Shown one piece after another: positions 36,760-47,444 of a stretch of DNA of 64,000 bases. Numbering within the stretch: the first letter of the stretch is position 1; each line of letters starts with the position of its first letter. Where the stretch lies: IMG/VR virus record IMGVR_UViG_637000270_000006. One strand, written 5' to 3'. A program made the translations under genes and the position numbers. The notes beneath the pieces were generated by a model that did no database searches, was not told the origin of the DNA, and saw only the letters and a list, made by a program, of their open reading frames with translations. Source of the DNA: a virus.

Positions 36760-37505
36760 ATGACTAACGTTGCCTATGCCGATTTCAGGTGTCAAAAGGT
36801 AAATTTGCAGATGGAAAATAAAAAACAAGGGTATGTTGCTCTGTTCAGGAGTCTGCTGTCTAAGGAGTGGGCCAAAGATACGGCTAAATTGGCTATGTGG
36901 ATCAGATTGATTGGTGAGGCATCCTACAAGCCACGCACAGTGAAATTTGCTGGCAAGGGATGGCACCTTCAATTAGGCGAACTCGTCACTACTACTGCTA
37001 TTCTGGCGCGTAAATTATGTGATCAGGATGGGACTGAAAAAAGCAAGCAGTCTGTTATCCGAATGCTGAATTTTTTGTCCGAGAAGGGATGATAACCACC
37101 AGAGGAACCAAACTTGGTACTGTGATATGTATCACAAATTATAGCCAATATCAAATAGGCTTAGACGATACACCCGCCGATACACGCAAATCCAGATGTG
37201 ACAATGCTTTGGAGGGGGCTCCCGGTACACCACCCGATACACCGTTAGAGCAGTTTTTAGCCGGTACACCTTGCGATACACCAGCCGATACAAACAAACT
37301 CAGTGCTGGCAAGGCTTCAGCGTGTATACCCGGTACACCGCCCGAAGCACGACCCGGTGAACAGAACAAGAAGTTAGTAGAACAAGAAGTAAATAATAAA
37401 ACACATAGTCAACTTGCGTTGACTGCGAACTGTGAAAAACCGGAACGCAGAAAATTCATTTCATTCGACTACGAGTCCTACCTGAACGCCTACAACGACA
37501 TCGTT
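36760..37505 (+). pseudogene. Phage replication initiator, frameshifted near 37087 and truncated by deletion
   Basis: GYVALFRSLL...GELVTT; FLSEKG/MITT frame break; GTVICITNYSQYQ. Confidence 0.8.
37167..37365. repeat. Iteron-like repeats CG(G/A)TACACC with 12-bp spacing in pairs/triplets
   Basis: About ten copies clustered inside the initiator gene. Confidence 0.75.
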
Positions 37506-38741
37506 GGAGATGGTGGGTGAAGCGATGGGGGGCGGCAACTTTGGCGCGGTGATGGAGACAGCGAAGAAGTGTCCGAGTGCAGCGAATCTCAAGGGGTATG
37601 CACGGGTACTGGCCGACTATCAGCGTGTGCGGCGCTTCACGGCGTTGTTAGGCGATGGACTGGAGCAGGTGCGCCAGTGCCCGAACCATGAGCGCGCGTT
37701 GGCAGTGATGGGGCAGGTATTGGCCTCCCTGCGTGATATCGACTGCCCCGCCGACGAAGTCCGCCCAATGCATATCGACGAGCTGATAGCCCCCTACACC
37801 GCGCTTTTGGAAAAGTGTCTGAAGAATGGGGAAGCCTCGGACTCATTGAAAACGGGCATTGAGGAATTGGATGACATTCTTGGTGGTATCAATCCGGTGG
37901 ACTTGGTGATTGTTGCCGCCCGTCCCGGCATGGGAAAGACTGAATTTGCCTTGAAGGTGGCGGAGGGTGTCGCTGCACAGCATACTACACGCCAGATTGA
38001 CACGGAGAACGGCGCGATAACTGAAATCGAACGCAAGGGTGTTTTGATTTTCTCGATGGAAATGGATGCGATGCAGGTTATCGAGCGCTCATTGGCGGGA
38101 GCCAGTCATCTCCCGGTTTCGACGCTACGCAAGCCTTGCCGGATGGATGACGGAGGTTGGGCAAGAGTATCTCAGGGACTTCGCCGCTTACAGGGGCTTG
38201 ATGTTTGGGTCGTGGATGCATCATCACTGACCATCGAGCAGATACGAGCCATTTCTTACCGGCACAAGCTTGCCCACCCTGCGTTATCGCTGATTATGGT
38301 CGATTATCTGGGTCTGATTGAGAAGCCACGAGCAGAGCGTAATGACCTTGCCGTCGCGCATATTTCCGGCAGCCTCAAGCGTATGGCAAAGGAGCTGAAA
38401 ACGCCGGTGATGTCGCTAAGTCAGCTATCCAGAAACGTAGAGCAGCGCACCAATAAGCGGCCTACCTGTGCTGATTTAAGAGATTCAGGCAGCATTGAGC
38501 AGGACGCTCTGACAGCATCATCATGCTCTACCGCGATGCGGTGTACAACGAGAATAGTCCAGCGGCGAAATACGCTGAACTCATTGTCACCAAAAACCGG
38601 TTCGGCACCCAGGGAACGGCTTACCAGGAATTCAAAAACGGGCATTTTATGCCAACCGACCAAGAACAAGCTGTGAACGCTTGCCAGAGCAACACTAACG
38701 TCGCGCCAATGAAACGTTATGCCAGTGGGGCAGCGGTTTAA
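37504..38741 (+). pseudogene. dnaB: DnaB-like replicative helicase, N-truncated and frameshifted (CT duplication 38507-38510)
   Basis: [40 protein letters not shown]; C-terminus MLYRD...KNRFG in next frame. Confidence 0.9.
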
Positions 38742-38847
38742 CGCAAACAGCGAGGAAAATACCGATGACGGCATATTTAACAGAAGAACTCGTGGAGCTG
38801 CTTTTCATTGCAGCCCTTTTTGTTTGGGTGGGTAAATTCAGAGGTGG

Positions 38848-39288
38848 TTGATGGAAAAAAGAAGCTTCCTGCTGCGTGATGAACGAATACGGAAAAACCT
38901 GAAAGTTTTTATTGATTCACTCCCCACTGACGAACACCGCCCCCTCGAAATCACCATCAACGACAGCAAAAGAAGTGAGACGCAAAACAGTCTGCTGCAT
39001 GCGCTATGCACCGATGTCTCTCGGCAAGTGTTGTGGGCAGATAAACCCCGCTCGATGTTGGACTGGAAAGCGTTGTTCGTCTCAGGCCATGCCATCGCCA
39101 CAGGCAGGCCGGGAGAAGTGGTTACAGGACTGGAGGGGGAGTTTTGCAGCATCCGCGAGAGCACGGCTCAGATGGGCGTGAAGCGCATGAACAGTTTAAT
39201 CGAATACGCGCAAGCCTGGGCGGTCGGTAACGGCGTCAGGCTGCGGGAGGTGCGTTATTCAGGGGATTATTTTGGGAGAGCAACATGA
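38848..39288 (+). CDS. ninB: NinB recombination protein
   Basis: KRSETQNSLLHALCTDVSRQVLW...DWKALF...STAQMGVKRMNSLIEY. Confidence 0.9.
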   Translation: MMEKRSFLLRDERIRKNLKVFIDSLPTDEHRPLEITINDSKRSETQNSLLHALCTDVSRQVLWADKPRSMLDWKALFVSGHAIATGRPGEVVTGLEGEFCSIRESTAQMGVKRMNSLIEYAQAWAVGNGVRLREVRYSGDYFGRAT

Positions 39289-39778
39289 AAAAGAGATTAC
39301 AGAACACCAGCATCACTTTTCGGATGATGCAGCATTGCCTGTTCAGGCCGACCAAGCGTTCGCGCAACAAAGTCCGCGAGATACTGGGCGAGGATGAAGT
39401 AAAAACCTTGCGTATTCCGACGCAAAGTGAACGCATATTCTGGAGGGTGAACACTCGGCCAAATGAGTTAAACGTGACATCCCCTTACGCTTCTGCCACA
39501 GGACTGTTCGGTGCTCACTGCGCTGCGCTCCGCCTCAGTCCTGCAACAGAACCGTTGCCAAAGGAAACAGGGGCTAGAACGTGACAAACTCAACAGAATA
39601 AACCCATGTGATTATTAGCACGCTGTATTTCACTGCCGGAATCAGCGTTCACAGGGCCGGAATGACCGTTCACTTTCACCGGAATACGCAAACCTACGAC
39701 TACAGCGCTCATATTCGTGATGTGCGGATGATGCGCGCTCGTACTCGGACTTCAAAAATAGATTTACAAGCTCAGTAA
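39285..39778 (+). pseudogene. NinE-like gene interrupted by MITE
   Basis: Removing MITE and one TSD restores ...EVKTYDYSAHIRDVRMMRAR. Confidence 0.7.
39409..39690 (+). mobile_element. 282-bp IS21-type MITE, copy 2
   Basis: Same ends as copy 1, inverted orientation; 5-bp TSD AACCT (39404-08 and 39691-95). Confidence 0.9.
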
Positions 39779-39784
39779 ACTTGC

Positions 39785-40312
39785 ATGGGTGGTGAGGAAA
39801 TGATTATCAGCAAAACCCCGAAGGTGTGTAAGGACAGATGGCAGACGCCGGTCGAGATATTCCGTGCGCTGGATGCGGAGTTTGGGTTCGGCCTTGATGC
39901 TGCCGCCGACCACGATAACACCCGGTGTCGCCACTATCTGACCGAAGAGGATGATGCCCTGAGTTGCGATTGGCACACCCGGGGTGCCATTTTCTGCAAT
40001 CCCCCGTACAGCAATATCATGCCGTGGGTGAAAAAGGCCGCCGAGCAGTGTGCGTTACAGCAACAGACTGTCGTGATGCTCCTTCCTTCCGACACCTCGA
40101 CGGCGTGGTTCGCTCAGGCACAAAAAACGGCTGATGAGGTGCGATTCATCACCGAGGGGCGATTGTCGTTTATCAGCGCTGAAACCGGCGAGAAGGGTAA
40201 GGCGGGTAACAGCAAGGGCAGCGTGTTGTTCATCTGGCGACCGTGGCGAATAACCCCAAAAGGGATGACTACGGTAAGTAAACAGGTGCTGATTAACCGA
40301 ATGTGGGGGTAG
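39785..40312 (+). CDS. Phage N6-adenine DNA methyltransferase (phage Dam family)
   Basis: [29 protein letters not shown]; paralog of 11168-11713. Confidence 0.92.
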   Translation: MGGEEMIISKTPKVCKDRWQTPVEIFRALDAEFGFGLDAAADHDNTRCRHYLTEEDDALSCDWHTRGAIFCNPPYSNIMPWVKKAAEQCALQQQTVVMLLPSDTSTAWFAQAQKTADEVRFITEGRLSFISAETGEKGKAGNSKGSVLFIWRPWRITPKGMTTVSKQVLINRMWG

Positions 40313-40314
40313 GT

Positions 40315-40604
40315 ATGGTAAATCTTCGCAAAGAAGCGCAGGGCCGCGAATGCATGGTTCGTTTGCCGGGAATATGCGGCGGTGATACTGAGACTGTGGT
40401 ACTGACCCATTACCGCATGGCTGGCCTTTTGGTACGGGAATGAAACCCCAAGATTTGTTCGGTGCCTGGGCCTGTAGCCGGTGCCATGACGAAATCGATC
40501 GTCGAACCCGTTTAACCGATGTTGAATATGCCCGACTGGCACATCTGGAAGGCGTTATTCGCACACAGGCGGTCTTGCTGAAGGAGGAAAAAATATCAAC
40601 GTGA
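40315..40604 (+). pseudogene. DUF1364/YbcO-family HNH-like protein, frameshifted near 40430
   Basis: MVNLRKEAQGRECMVRLPGIC..ETVVLTHYR then, in a new frame, GAWACSRCHDEIDRR. Confidence 0.8.
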
Positions 40605-40960
40605 GGCGATACCACATCACCCTCCCGTTTCCTCCCTCGGTCAATCATTACTGGTATCACGCCAAAGGCAGACACTTCATCAAAGAGAAAGGCATCCAGT
40701 ACCGGCGCTCGGTAATGGCCGAAATCATGCGCCTACGGCTCGCTGTGCGGTTTTCCGGCCAGATTAGAGTCAGGGTGGTGGCGAACCCACCAGACCGCAG
40801 GAAACGCGATTTGGACAATCTTTTAAAAGCGCCCCTCGATGCGCTCCAGCACGCTGGGGTTTACGAAGACGACAACCAGATAATCGACCTGCACATTATC
40901 CGGGGCGAGAAGGTGCAGGGCGGGAAACTCGACATTACGTTAACGCTGCTGGAGGCATAG
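40601..40960 (+). CDS. rusA: RusA Holliday junction resolvase
   Basis: [33 protein letters not shown]. Confidence 0.93.
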   Translation: MRRYHITLPFPPSVNHYWYHAKGRHFIKEKGIQYRRSVMAEIMRLRLAVRFSGQIRVRVVANPPDRRKRDLDNLLKAPLDALQHAGVYEDDNQIIDLHIIRGEKVQGGKLDITLTLLEA

Positions 40961-40961
40961 A

Positions 40962-41643
40962 ATGAACATTGAGTGGGTGTGGGGCCGGGTCAGATATGCG
41001 TTAGCGGATACTCTCATCACTAAAAATGGGCAGTTGGGCAATCTGGTGGAGCGGACGCGGATAGAGACCTTGCGTTTCAACCGTAACCCGCCGCGCTTCT
41101 TGAGCTACGCGAACGGGCGCATGGTCAGGGTGCCATCGTCGCCGGTGAAAGCGAAGCAAACGCGAGTCAAGGGCAAATCCGTTATTCTGATGCATGAGTG
41201 CGATTATTCTCTCGTGCCCTGGCGTCGTGCCATCGGCGGCCTCGATGAGCCGTTGCAAGCGTGGATCCGGTATTGCTTGCTACGGTGATTACCGCTACCA
41301 CGCTGAACAGCTCAAGGTGGTGCCTTACGTGTGGCAGAAATTCATGGCGCAACAACCGGGGCGTATCTCTGGCAAGGTGAAGCAGCGCTTACAAGGGCTG
41401 GCTCTGCTCGCTGTGCAGGTGGTCGCAGGGGAAATAGATGGTCGCCCGGATCGCTATACCTACGCTGAACTGGCGGATATGCTGGGGGTATGCCCGAACA
41501 ACTGGAATCAAAACTACCAGGGGCGATGGCGTGTACTGGTTCAGCTGGTGCATGAAATAGATGAGATGGCACTGAGAGATGTAGGAAAAACCAACAAATT
41601 CAGAAAGGAAGTTGCAAAAGTGAATTTTTCGCCTATAATTTAA
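40962..41643 (+). pseudogene. Q: Late antiterminator Q, frameshifted by 4-bp duplication TTGC (41273-41280)
   Basis: Position between rusA and lysis genes; removing the duplicate joins WIRYC/YGDY. Confidence 0.75.
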
Positions 41644-41831
41644 CTATAAATATATATGATGTCTAAATTGTAGCTAAAGCTTGGATGCGTCAAATCCGGC
41701 TTTTCAGGGCCTCAACTCCCTCAGGTGGTTGAGGTTTTCTGCTATTGACAGCTACTGATTGCTAAATAAAATTATTGGGTCGCACATCTGATTTTTGTCC
41801 AGTCAGTATCAGTTTTGCACAGATGTGCGAT

Positions 41832-41857
41832 AAAGCCTCGGCTAATGCCGGGGCTTT
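41832..41857. terminator. Bidirectional terminator-like hairpin
   Basis: AAAGCCTCGGC-TAAT-GCCGGGGCTTT. Confidence 0.7.
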
Positions 41858-41860
41858 GTT

Positions 41861-42301
41861 CTAACAAAAAAATCCAAGTGCTTTCTCTAGGGTGGTCATT
41901 TTTATATTAGAATCCCCCTTAAGAACCATATCTGTTCGGTACTCAGCAATAGTTTCTAGTGATGACCATACCGTCGAGTCATGCTTTTGTATACTGCTGT
42001 GCTGGGATAAAAGCTCTTTATCATCGTAATCTTCGACATTAGTATAGAGGGACACGTAGCGTAAAGCTTGTACTCGCGATGATTCGCATTCAGCGCCAAA
42101 TTTGAACGCATTCTGGACGGCTGCAATTGTTGCGATACATAAGCCGGTAAACAGAGGATTTCCAATGGAGGCCATGACAGATGAGCCGAGAAGCAACAAG
42201 CAGAAAGTAAGAACTTTATCAATTCTGCCTGTAATCACACTAAAAATGCGGTGTAGAACATAAGAATAATAGATTGCGTAAATAGTGTTTTCTCGACTCA
42301 T
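41861..42301 (-). CDS. Moron: two-TM membrane protein (SLATT-like layout)
   Basis: 146 aa, hydrophobic hairpin at residues ~30-65, helical C-terminus; AT-rich, antisense to late operon. Confidence 0.75.
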   Translation of the reverse strand: MSRENTIYAIYYSYVLHRIFSVITGRIDKVLTFCLLLLGSSVMASIGNPLFTGLCIATIAAVQNAFKFGAECESSRVQALRYVSLYTNVEDYDDKELLSQHSSIQKHDSTVWSSLETIAEYRTDMVLKGDSNIKMTTLEKALGFFC

Positions 42302-42310
42302 AAATCCTCT

Positions 42311-42451
42311 TTAATTACTTTTACCGCTTCCCCCTGAATTATTTTGAGATGGCGGTGTAACTGGTTTGGGTTGTTTGGCTTGCTCGTAGATTGTCTTTGC
42401 AAGCCCTTTGGGTAGACTGTCACCAGTAACTTGATGTTTAGGGTTGCTCAT
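42311..42451 (-). CDS. Moron: 46-aa small protein upstream of the two-TM gene
   Basis: Manual translation MSNPKHQVTGDSLPKGLAKTIYEQAKQPKPVTPPSQNNSGGSGKSN; GGAGA SD. Confidence 0.55.
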   Translation of the reverse strand: MSNPKHQVTGDSLPKGLAKTIYEQAKQPKPVTPPSQNNSGGSGKSN

Positions 42452-42621
42452 AAATTTCTCCGTGTCTGAATAGTAAATTTTGGCGAGTTAACGATATCAG
42501 ATGTGGAAATGCGCCGCCAGACGCTATCTGGCACTTAATCCCAAGGCTACGCTCCGGCGTGGCCTTTTTCCTGACCGATAGCCACCCCGGACGAGGTGGC
42601 GCAATAACCCTAATAATACCC

Positions 42622-42801
42622 ATGGAAAAACTTACTACCGGCTCTGCCTACAGCTGGGCCCTTGTCACGTGCCTGCTGGGTGTGTTCTCGCTCAGTGAAT
42701 GGGCATTGATTACCGGTATCGCCTGTACGCTGGCGACCTTCCTACTGAACTGGATTTACCGGCATAAGGAATACCGTTTTAGGACGAAGCGCGACCAATG
42801 A
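42622..42801 (+). CDS. Holin (S21-like pinholin)
   Basis: MEKLTTGSAYSWALVTCLLGVFSLSEWALITGIACTLATFLLNWIYRHKEYRF. Confidence 0.85.
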   Translation: MEKLTTGSAYSWALVTCLLGVFSLSEWALITGIACTLATFLLNWIYRHKEYRFRTKRDQ

Positions 42802-43274
42802 ATCCCGAGCTGCGTAACCGATTGATAAAAGCCACAGCAGGCGGCGCTATAGCATTAGCGACCGTGCTAATCCAATGGCACAAGGGCGTACGCTACACGC
42901 CATACCGGGATTCCGGCGGCGTGTTGTCAGTCTGCTATGGACATACCGGTAGCGATATCATTCCCGGTAAACGCTATAGCGCTGCTGAATGCCAATCCCT
43001 GCTGGATAGCGACCTGAAAGCCGCAATGGCGGTAGTCGATGCCAATGTCACCGTACCACTGACTGAGAGCCAGAAAGCCGCACTTGCCTCGTTCGCCTAC
43101 AACGTGGGGAGCGGGGCGTTTTAGCGCTCTACGCTACTGAAGAAACTGAACGCAGGAGACAGGGTCGGTGCCTGTGATGAAATGCGGCGCTGGAAGTATG
43201 TTGACGGCAAGATCTCTAGGGGACTGATCAATAGGCGAGCGATAGAACAAGAGCTTTGCTTGAGGTCCGACTAA
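42798..43274 (+). pseudogene. SAR endolysin with in-frame TAG (43122-43124) and catalytic Glu replaced by Lys
   Basis: Frame continues [12 protein letters not shown]...GLINRRAIE; WHKG versus WHEG in the paralog at 9865. Confidence 0.9.
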
Positions 43275-43326
43275 CTAGTTAATCAAATAGATAGACCTCA
43301 TAGTAACGAAAGTGATTGTTAAATTT

Positions 43327-43647
43327 TTATATTAATCTTTCATTTTTATGCTCTTGCAACTGAATTTCTGCGTGTTGCAGATGAGAGAGAGCCTCTATCT
43401 TTCTTGGAGAATAATTACCGTAATTAGATGGTTTTATATTTTTGACGGTAGAGCATAGCTTAGCTGGATTTTCCATGTCGCGTGGAGAATAGTGTCCATA
43501 ACTAGATGAGTTTATATTTCTCACGGCAGAGCATAACTTGGAAACTAAGTTGCTAAGAACTGATGCGCGCGCTGAATAAAAATCAGATACTCCAGACTTA
43601 GCCTGAGAGAAAATATTATCTATCTGAATGTTAAAATATGAACTCAT
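43327..43647 (-). CDS. Orphan moron protein with an internal 20-aa duplication
   Basis: KLCSAVRNINSSSYGHYSPR and KLCSTVKNIKPSNYGNYSPR; AT-rich, antisense, between endolysin and Rz. Confidence 0.6.
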   Translation of the reverse strand: MSSYFNIQIDNIFSQAKSGVSDFYSARASVLSNLVSKLCSAVRNINSSSYGHYSPRDMENPAKLCSTVKNIKPSNYGNYSPRKIEALSHLQHAEIQLQEHKNERLI

Positions 43648-43798
43648 TTTTATAAATTCCTTTTTCTTAAAACAAATAATATTCCAGATCGCAATGCTTA
43701 TAACTTACTTACAATCTGAATGATTAAGTAACTTTCCGACTTATATATATCGTTTAATCTAGAGAATGCACATACGGTATTGACCTTAGGATTTTAAT

Positions 43799-44269
43799 AT
43801 GCGTTGGAGATTCCTCACTTTCGTCACTTTTCTTGCATCAATGCTGGGCGCAATACTTTACTACCGTATCCAATATAAAGGTGCGGAAGAGACATTAAGG
43901 CAAGTTGAACTCGAAGTTAAATCCCGGCTGGCGGAGATTGAGCAGTTAAGTCGCCAAATACAGACTATCGCCGTGCTGGATTTGCAACACACGCGAGAGC
44001 TTGAACATGATAAAAAACGTATTGCGCAGCTTGAGCGCGATGTGGCTGACGGTCGTCGTCGGTTGCAAATCAACGCCATCTGTCCAGCAGTGCCAACCGA
44101 TAGCACCGCCGCCCGCATGGATGATGCAGCCGGCGCCAGACTTGCTGACGCCGCTCAACGACATTATTTCACTCTCAGACGACGAATTGACATCGCGAGA
44201 GAGCAAATAAACGGCTTGCAGGACTACGCACGACAGGTCTGTCTGGCGGCCAACGCCAGGACAGAATGA
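43799..44269 (+). CDS. Rz: Rz i-spanin
   Basis: N-terminal TM, coiled coil, RRRLQINAIC, INGLQDY. Confidence 0.9.
   Translation: MRWRFLTFVTFLASMLGAILYYRIQYKGAEETLRQVELEVKSRLAEIEQLSRQIQTIAVLDLQHTRELEHDKKRIAQLERDVADGRRRLQINAICPAVPTDSTAARMDDAAGARLADAAQRHYFTLRRRIDIAREQINGLQDYARQVCLAANARTE
44007..44210 (+). CDS. Rz1: Rz1 o-spanin lipoprotein (embedded, +1 frame)
   Basis: Lipobox VVVGC, Pro-rich PIAPPPAWMMQPAP. Confidence 0.85.
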   Translation: MIKNVLRSLSAMWLTVVVGCKSTPSVQQCQPIAPPPAWMMQPAPDLLTPLNDIISLSDDELTSRESK

Positions 44270-44280
44270 GGATATAAGAC

Positions 44281-44678
44281 ATGGGACGACAAACAAAAAA
44301 TAAAGTCGGTCGCCCGAGTGAGCTTGCACAAAGTCTGGAAAAGGCTAGAGCCTATTTGTTAGGGGACTATGAAAAGCTGGGTGATGTTGTCCCGAGCATT
44401 GCCGGATTAGCTTGTTACCTGGGAAAAGTCGCTCGCGCGTTTACGAATACAGTGAACAGAATGCTGAATTTAAGGACATCTTAGAGGGCATTCTGGCTCT
44501 GCAGGAAAATCGTTTAATTAACAAAGGATTGCAGAGCAAATTTAACGCAACGATTGCCAAGCTTATGCTGACCAAACATGGCTACTCGGATAAGCAGGAA
44601 CTGACCGGTAAAGACGGCGGCGCACTTCAGGTAGAGACCAAACCACTCTCCTCACTATTTCATGATGACGACTCTTAA
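44281..44678 (+). pseudogene. terS: Terminase small subunit, frameshift in an A-run near 44425
   Basis: GRPSEL..VVPSIAGLACYLG then, shifted, SRSRVYEY...FNATIAKLMLTKHGYSDK. Confidence 0.8.
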
Positions 44679-46035
44679 TGCTATTTTCCATCCATTTATT
44701 CAGCCACATCGCTACAAGATTGCCAAAGGTGGACGGGGAAGCGGTAAATCATGGGCCATCGCACGGTTACTGGTAGAAATAGCGCGACGAGGCACTTATC
44801 GCTTTCTTTGCGCACGTGAGTTCCAGGCCAGTATGGCCGATTCTGTTATCCAGTTGATTGCAGACACTATCCAGCGCGAAGGTTATCTGAAGGAGTTCGA
44901 GATTCAGAAAGCGTATATCCGCTATCTTGCCACCGATAGCCTGTTTATGTTTTACGGTATAAAAAATAACGTTACCAAAATTAAATCGCTGGAAGGCATT
45001 GATATTGCGTGGGTAGAAGAAGCTGAAGCGGTGACCAAGGAGAGCTGGGATATTCTTATCCCCACTATCCGCAAACCGGGCAGTGAAATCTGGGTTAGCT
45101 TTAATCCGAAGAATATCCTCGACGACACCTATCAACGCTTTGTTGTCAATCCACTGGATGATATCTGCCTGCTGACGGTGCATTACACCGACAATCCCCA
45201 TTTCCCTGAAGTACTCCGCCTGGAAATGGAGGAATGCAAGTGCAAGGACTATGACCTGTATCTGCATATCTGGGAAGGGGAGCCGGTTGCGGACAGCGAT
45301 CTGGCGATTATCAAGCCGTTGTGGATTGCTGCGGCCGTCGATGCGCATATAACGCTGGGATTTGAGCCAGCGGGTAAAAAACGTATTGGTTTTGACGTCG
45401 CAGACGAGGGTGAGGATAGCAATGCGTTGATATTGTCCCACGGCTCAGTCGTTATGCATCTGGAGACGTGGAATAAAGGCGATGTTATTCAATCAGCAGA
45501 CAGAGTGAAAAATTACGCTGAAAGTGTCATTGCTGATGAAATTATCTTTGACTCTATCGGCGTAGGGGCGGGTGTGAAAGCGCGCTTGCGACGAGTGAGT
45601 CGTATTACCGCGTCTGGCTTCAATGCCGGGGGAGGCGTTTTTAAACCTGATGCAAAATATGTTGATGGAAAAACCAACAAAGATATGTTTGTAAACCTCA
45701 AGGCACAGGCGTGGTGGGGTGTCCGGGAACGATTCTATAACACCTGGCATGCCGTCGAGTATATAAAGCACCATCCCGACGATAGCGATTTTGTCAAAGG
45801 GCTGAGAGATGACCAACTCATTAGTCTTTCATCCCGTCTTTCCTCACTTGACTATCTCAAGGCGGAATTGTCGCGCCCCTGGGTTGACTACGATAACAAC
45901 GGTAGGGTGAAGGTGGAAAGTAAAAAGGACATGAAAAAACGCGGCATACCGTCCCCCAATCGGGCTGACGCTCTGATTATGGCCTTTGCGCCAACGTATA
46001 AACCTTTCCACATTCCTGATGAGGCCTTTTACTGA
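44662..46035 (+). CDS. terL: Terminase large subunit, PBSX family
   Basis: [36 protein letters not shown]. Confidence 0.95.
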   Translation: MMTTLNAIFHPFIQPHRYKIAKGGRGSGKSWAIARLLVEIARRGTYRFLCAREFQASMADSVIQLIADTIQREGYLKEFEIQKAYIRYLATDSLFMFYGIKNNVTKIKSLEGIDIAWVEEAEAVTKESWDILIPTIRKPGSEIWVSFNPKNILDDTYQRFVVNPLDDICLLTVHYTDNPHFPEVLRLEMEECKCKDYDLYLHIWEGEPVADSDLAIIKPLWIAAAVDAHITLGFEPAGKKRIGFDVADEGEDSNALILSHGSVVMHLETWNKGDVIQSADRVKNYAESVIADEIIFDSIGVGAGVKARLRRVSRITASGFNAGGGVFKPDAKYVDGKTNKDMFVNLKAQAWWGVRERFYNTWHAVEYIKHHPDDSDFVKGLRDDQLISLSSRLSSLDYLKAELSRPWVDYDNNGRVKVESKKDMKKRGIPSPNRADALIMAFAPTYKPFHIPDEAFY

Positions 46036-47444
46036 TGGGCAGACGCGATAAAAAACGCGTGACAGCGGATGCGCCTGTTTCGCCGAAAAAACCGTTTTCT
46101 ATCCCGCTGTCGGCGTTGAATACAGGAAATGATGCCAGGGTGGCGGCGTTTGAGCCCTACAAGCAGCCTGAGGGTGTCATTCCCGCCGGGCAACGCGACA
46201 GCGCGCTGGCAATGGACAGTACGCCTTATGAGACGTTAAACAGTTATAGCATGGGCTTTCAGTATGGTGGCTTCCGGGGCTATCCGTATCTTGCCATGTT
46301 GTCGCAAGCCCCGGAATACGCCAATGTCCACGCGGTCTTTGCCGATGAAATCACCCGGACAGGGATAAAAATCACCAGCAGTGCCGATGAGCCCGCGCTG
46401 GTTGAGCACATGGAAGATTTGTTAATCAAGTATGGCGTTAAGGACATCGTGCATCATGCCGTCTTCCATGACTCCCTGTTTGGAGTGGCGCATATCTATA
46501 TTGATACCGGTGCGGATGACCATGAGAAGTAGAACCCGCTGTTCAAAGATCCGCGCAAGGTGAATGGCAAGTTGAAAGGGTTTCGTCTGGTTGAGCCGGT
46601 CTGGATGTACCCAGCGATGTACAATGCCAATGATCCGCTCGCCGATAATTACTATCGCCCGGATGCGTGGTTTGTTATGGGTAAAACGGTGCATGCCTCA
46701 CGTTTTATTGACCTGGTCTCGCGCCCCGTGTCGCAAATCCTCAAACCGTCTTACAACTTTGGAGGCTTGTCACTGACGCAGCTCATGGAGCCTTACGTCA
46801 ATGCATGGGCGCAAATCCGCCAGGAAATTCCCAAGATCATCAAGGCGTTCACGTTATCTGGCCTGAAAACAGATATGGACGCCAGAATGCAAAATTCTGC
46901 TGAATTCAAACGTCGTATTGACCTGATGGCCGAGTACCGCAACAACCGTGGCGTACTGGCGCTTGACAAAGAAGAGGAGTTTTTCCAAGTCAATACCCCT
47001 ATGACCGATTTGGAAAAACTGGCCACCAATTACCAGGAGCAGTTGTGTATCCCCTCGCGAATGCCGGTGATTAAGCTGCTGGGCAATCTGTCCCCCGGCC
47101 TCAGCTCGAGTGGTCAGGGTGAGATTGATGTCTGGCATGAAACCGTGGCGGGGATCCAGGAGCGGGACGTTAGACCGCTGATTAAAGCGATGCTGGATTA
47201 CATTATGCTCGCTGAGTTGGGGGAAATTCGTGAAGAAATTGATTTCGAGTTTAATCCCCTGGAAGAGATGAGTGATATCGATCTGGCTGATGTACGCCTG
47301 AAAAACGCGCAGGCACTCAGTACGTTGCAAACCGCCGGTACCATTGATACGGCAGACGGTCACCAGTGGTTGATGAATGACTCGCATTCTGGCTTCGGCT
47401 TCCTGAAGGACACGGAATATGAACAAGAGGAAGAAGACGCTTGA
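46035..47444 (+). pseudogene. Portal protein (DUF1073) with in-frame TAG at 46530-46532
   Basis: ORFs 46035-46532 and 46560-47444 in same frame; HASRF, GLSLTQL, IPSRMPVIKLLG. Confidence 0.85.

Noticed and set aside
39285-39584. Two ORFs (here and 26530-26877) sharing an identical C-terminal peptide, suggesting a shared domain
   Set aside because: The shared peptide is readthrough into the MITE sequence, not a protein domain.
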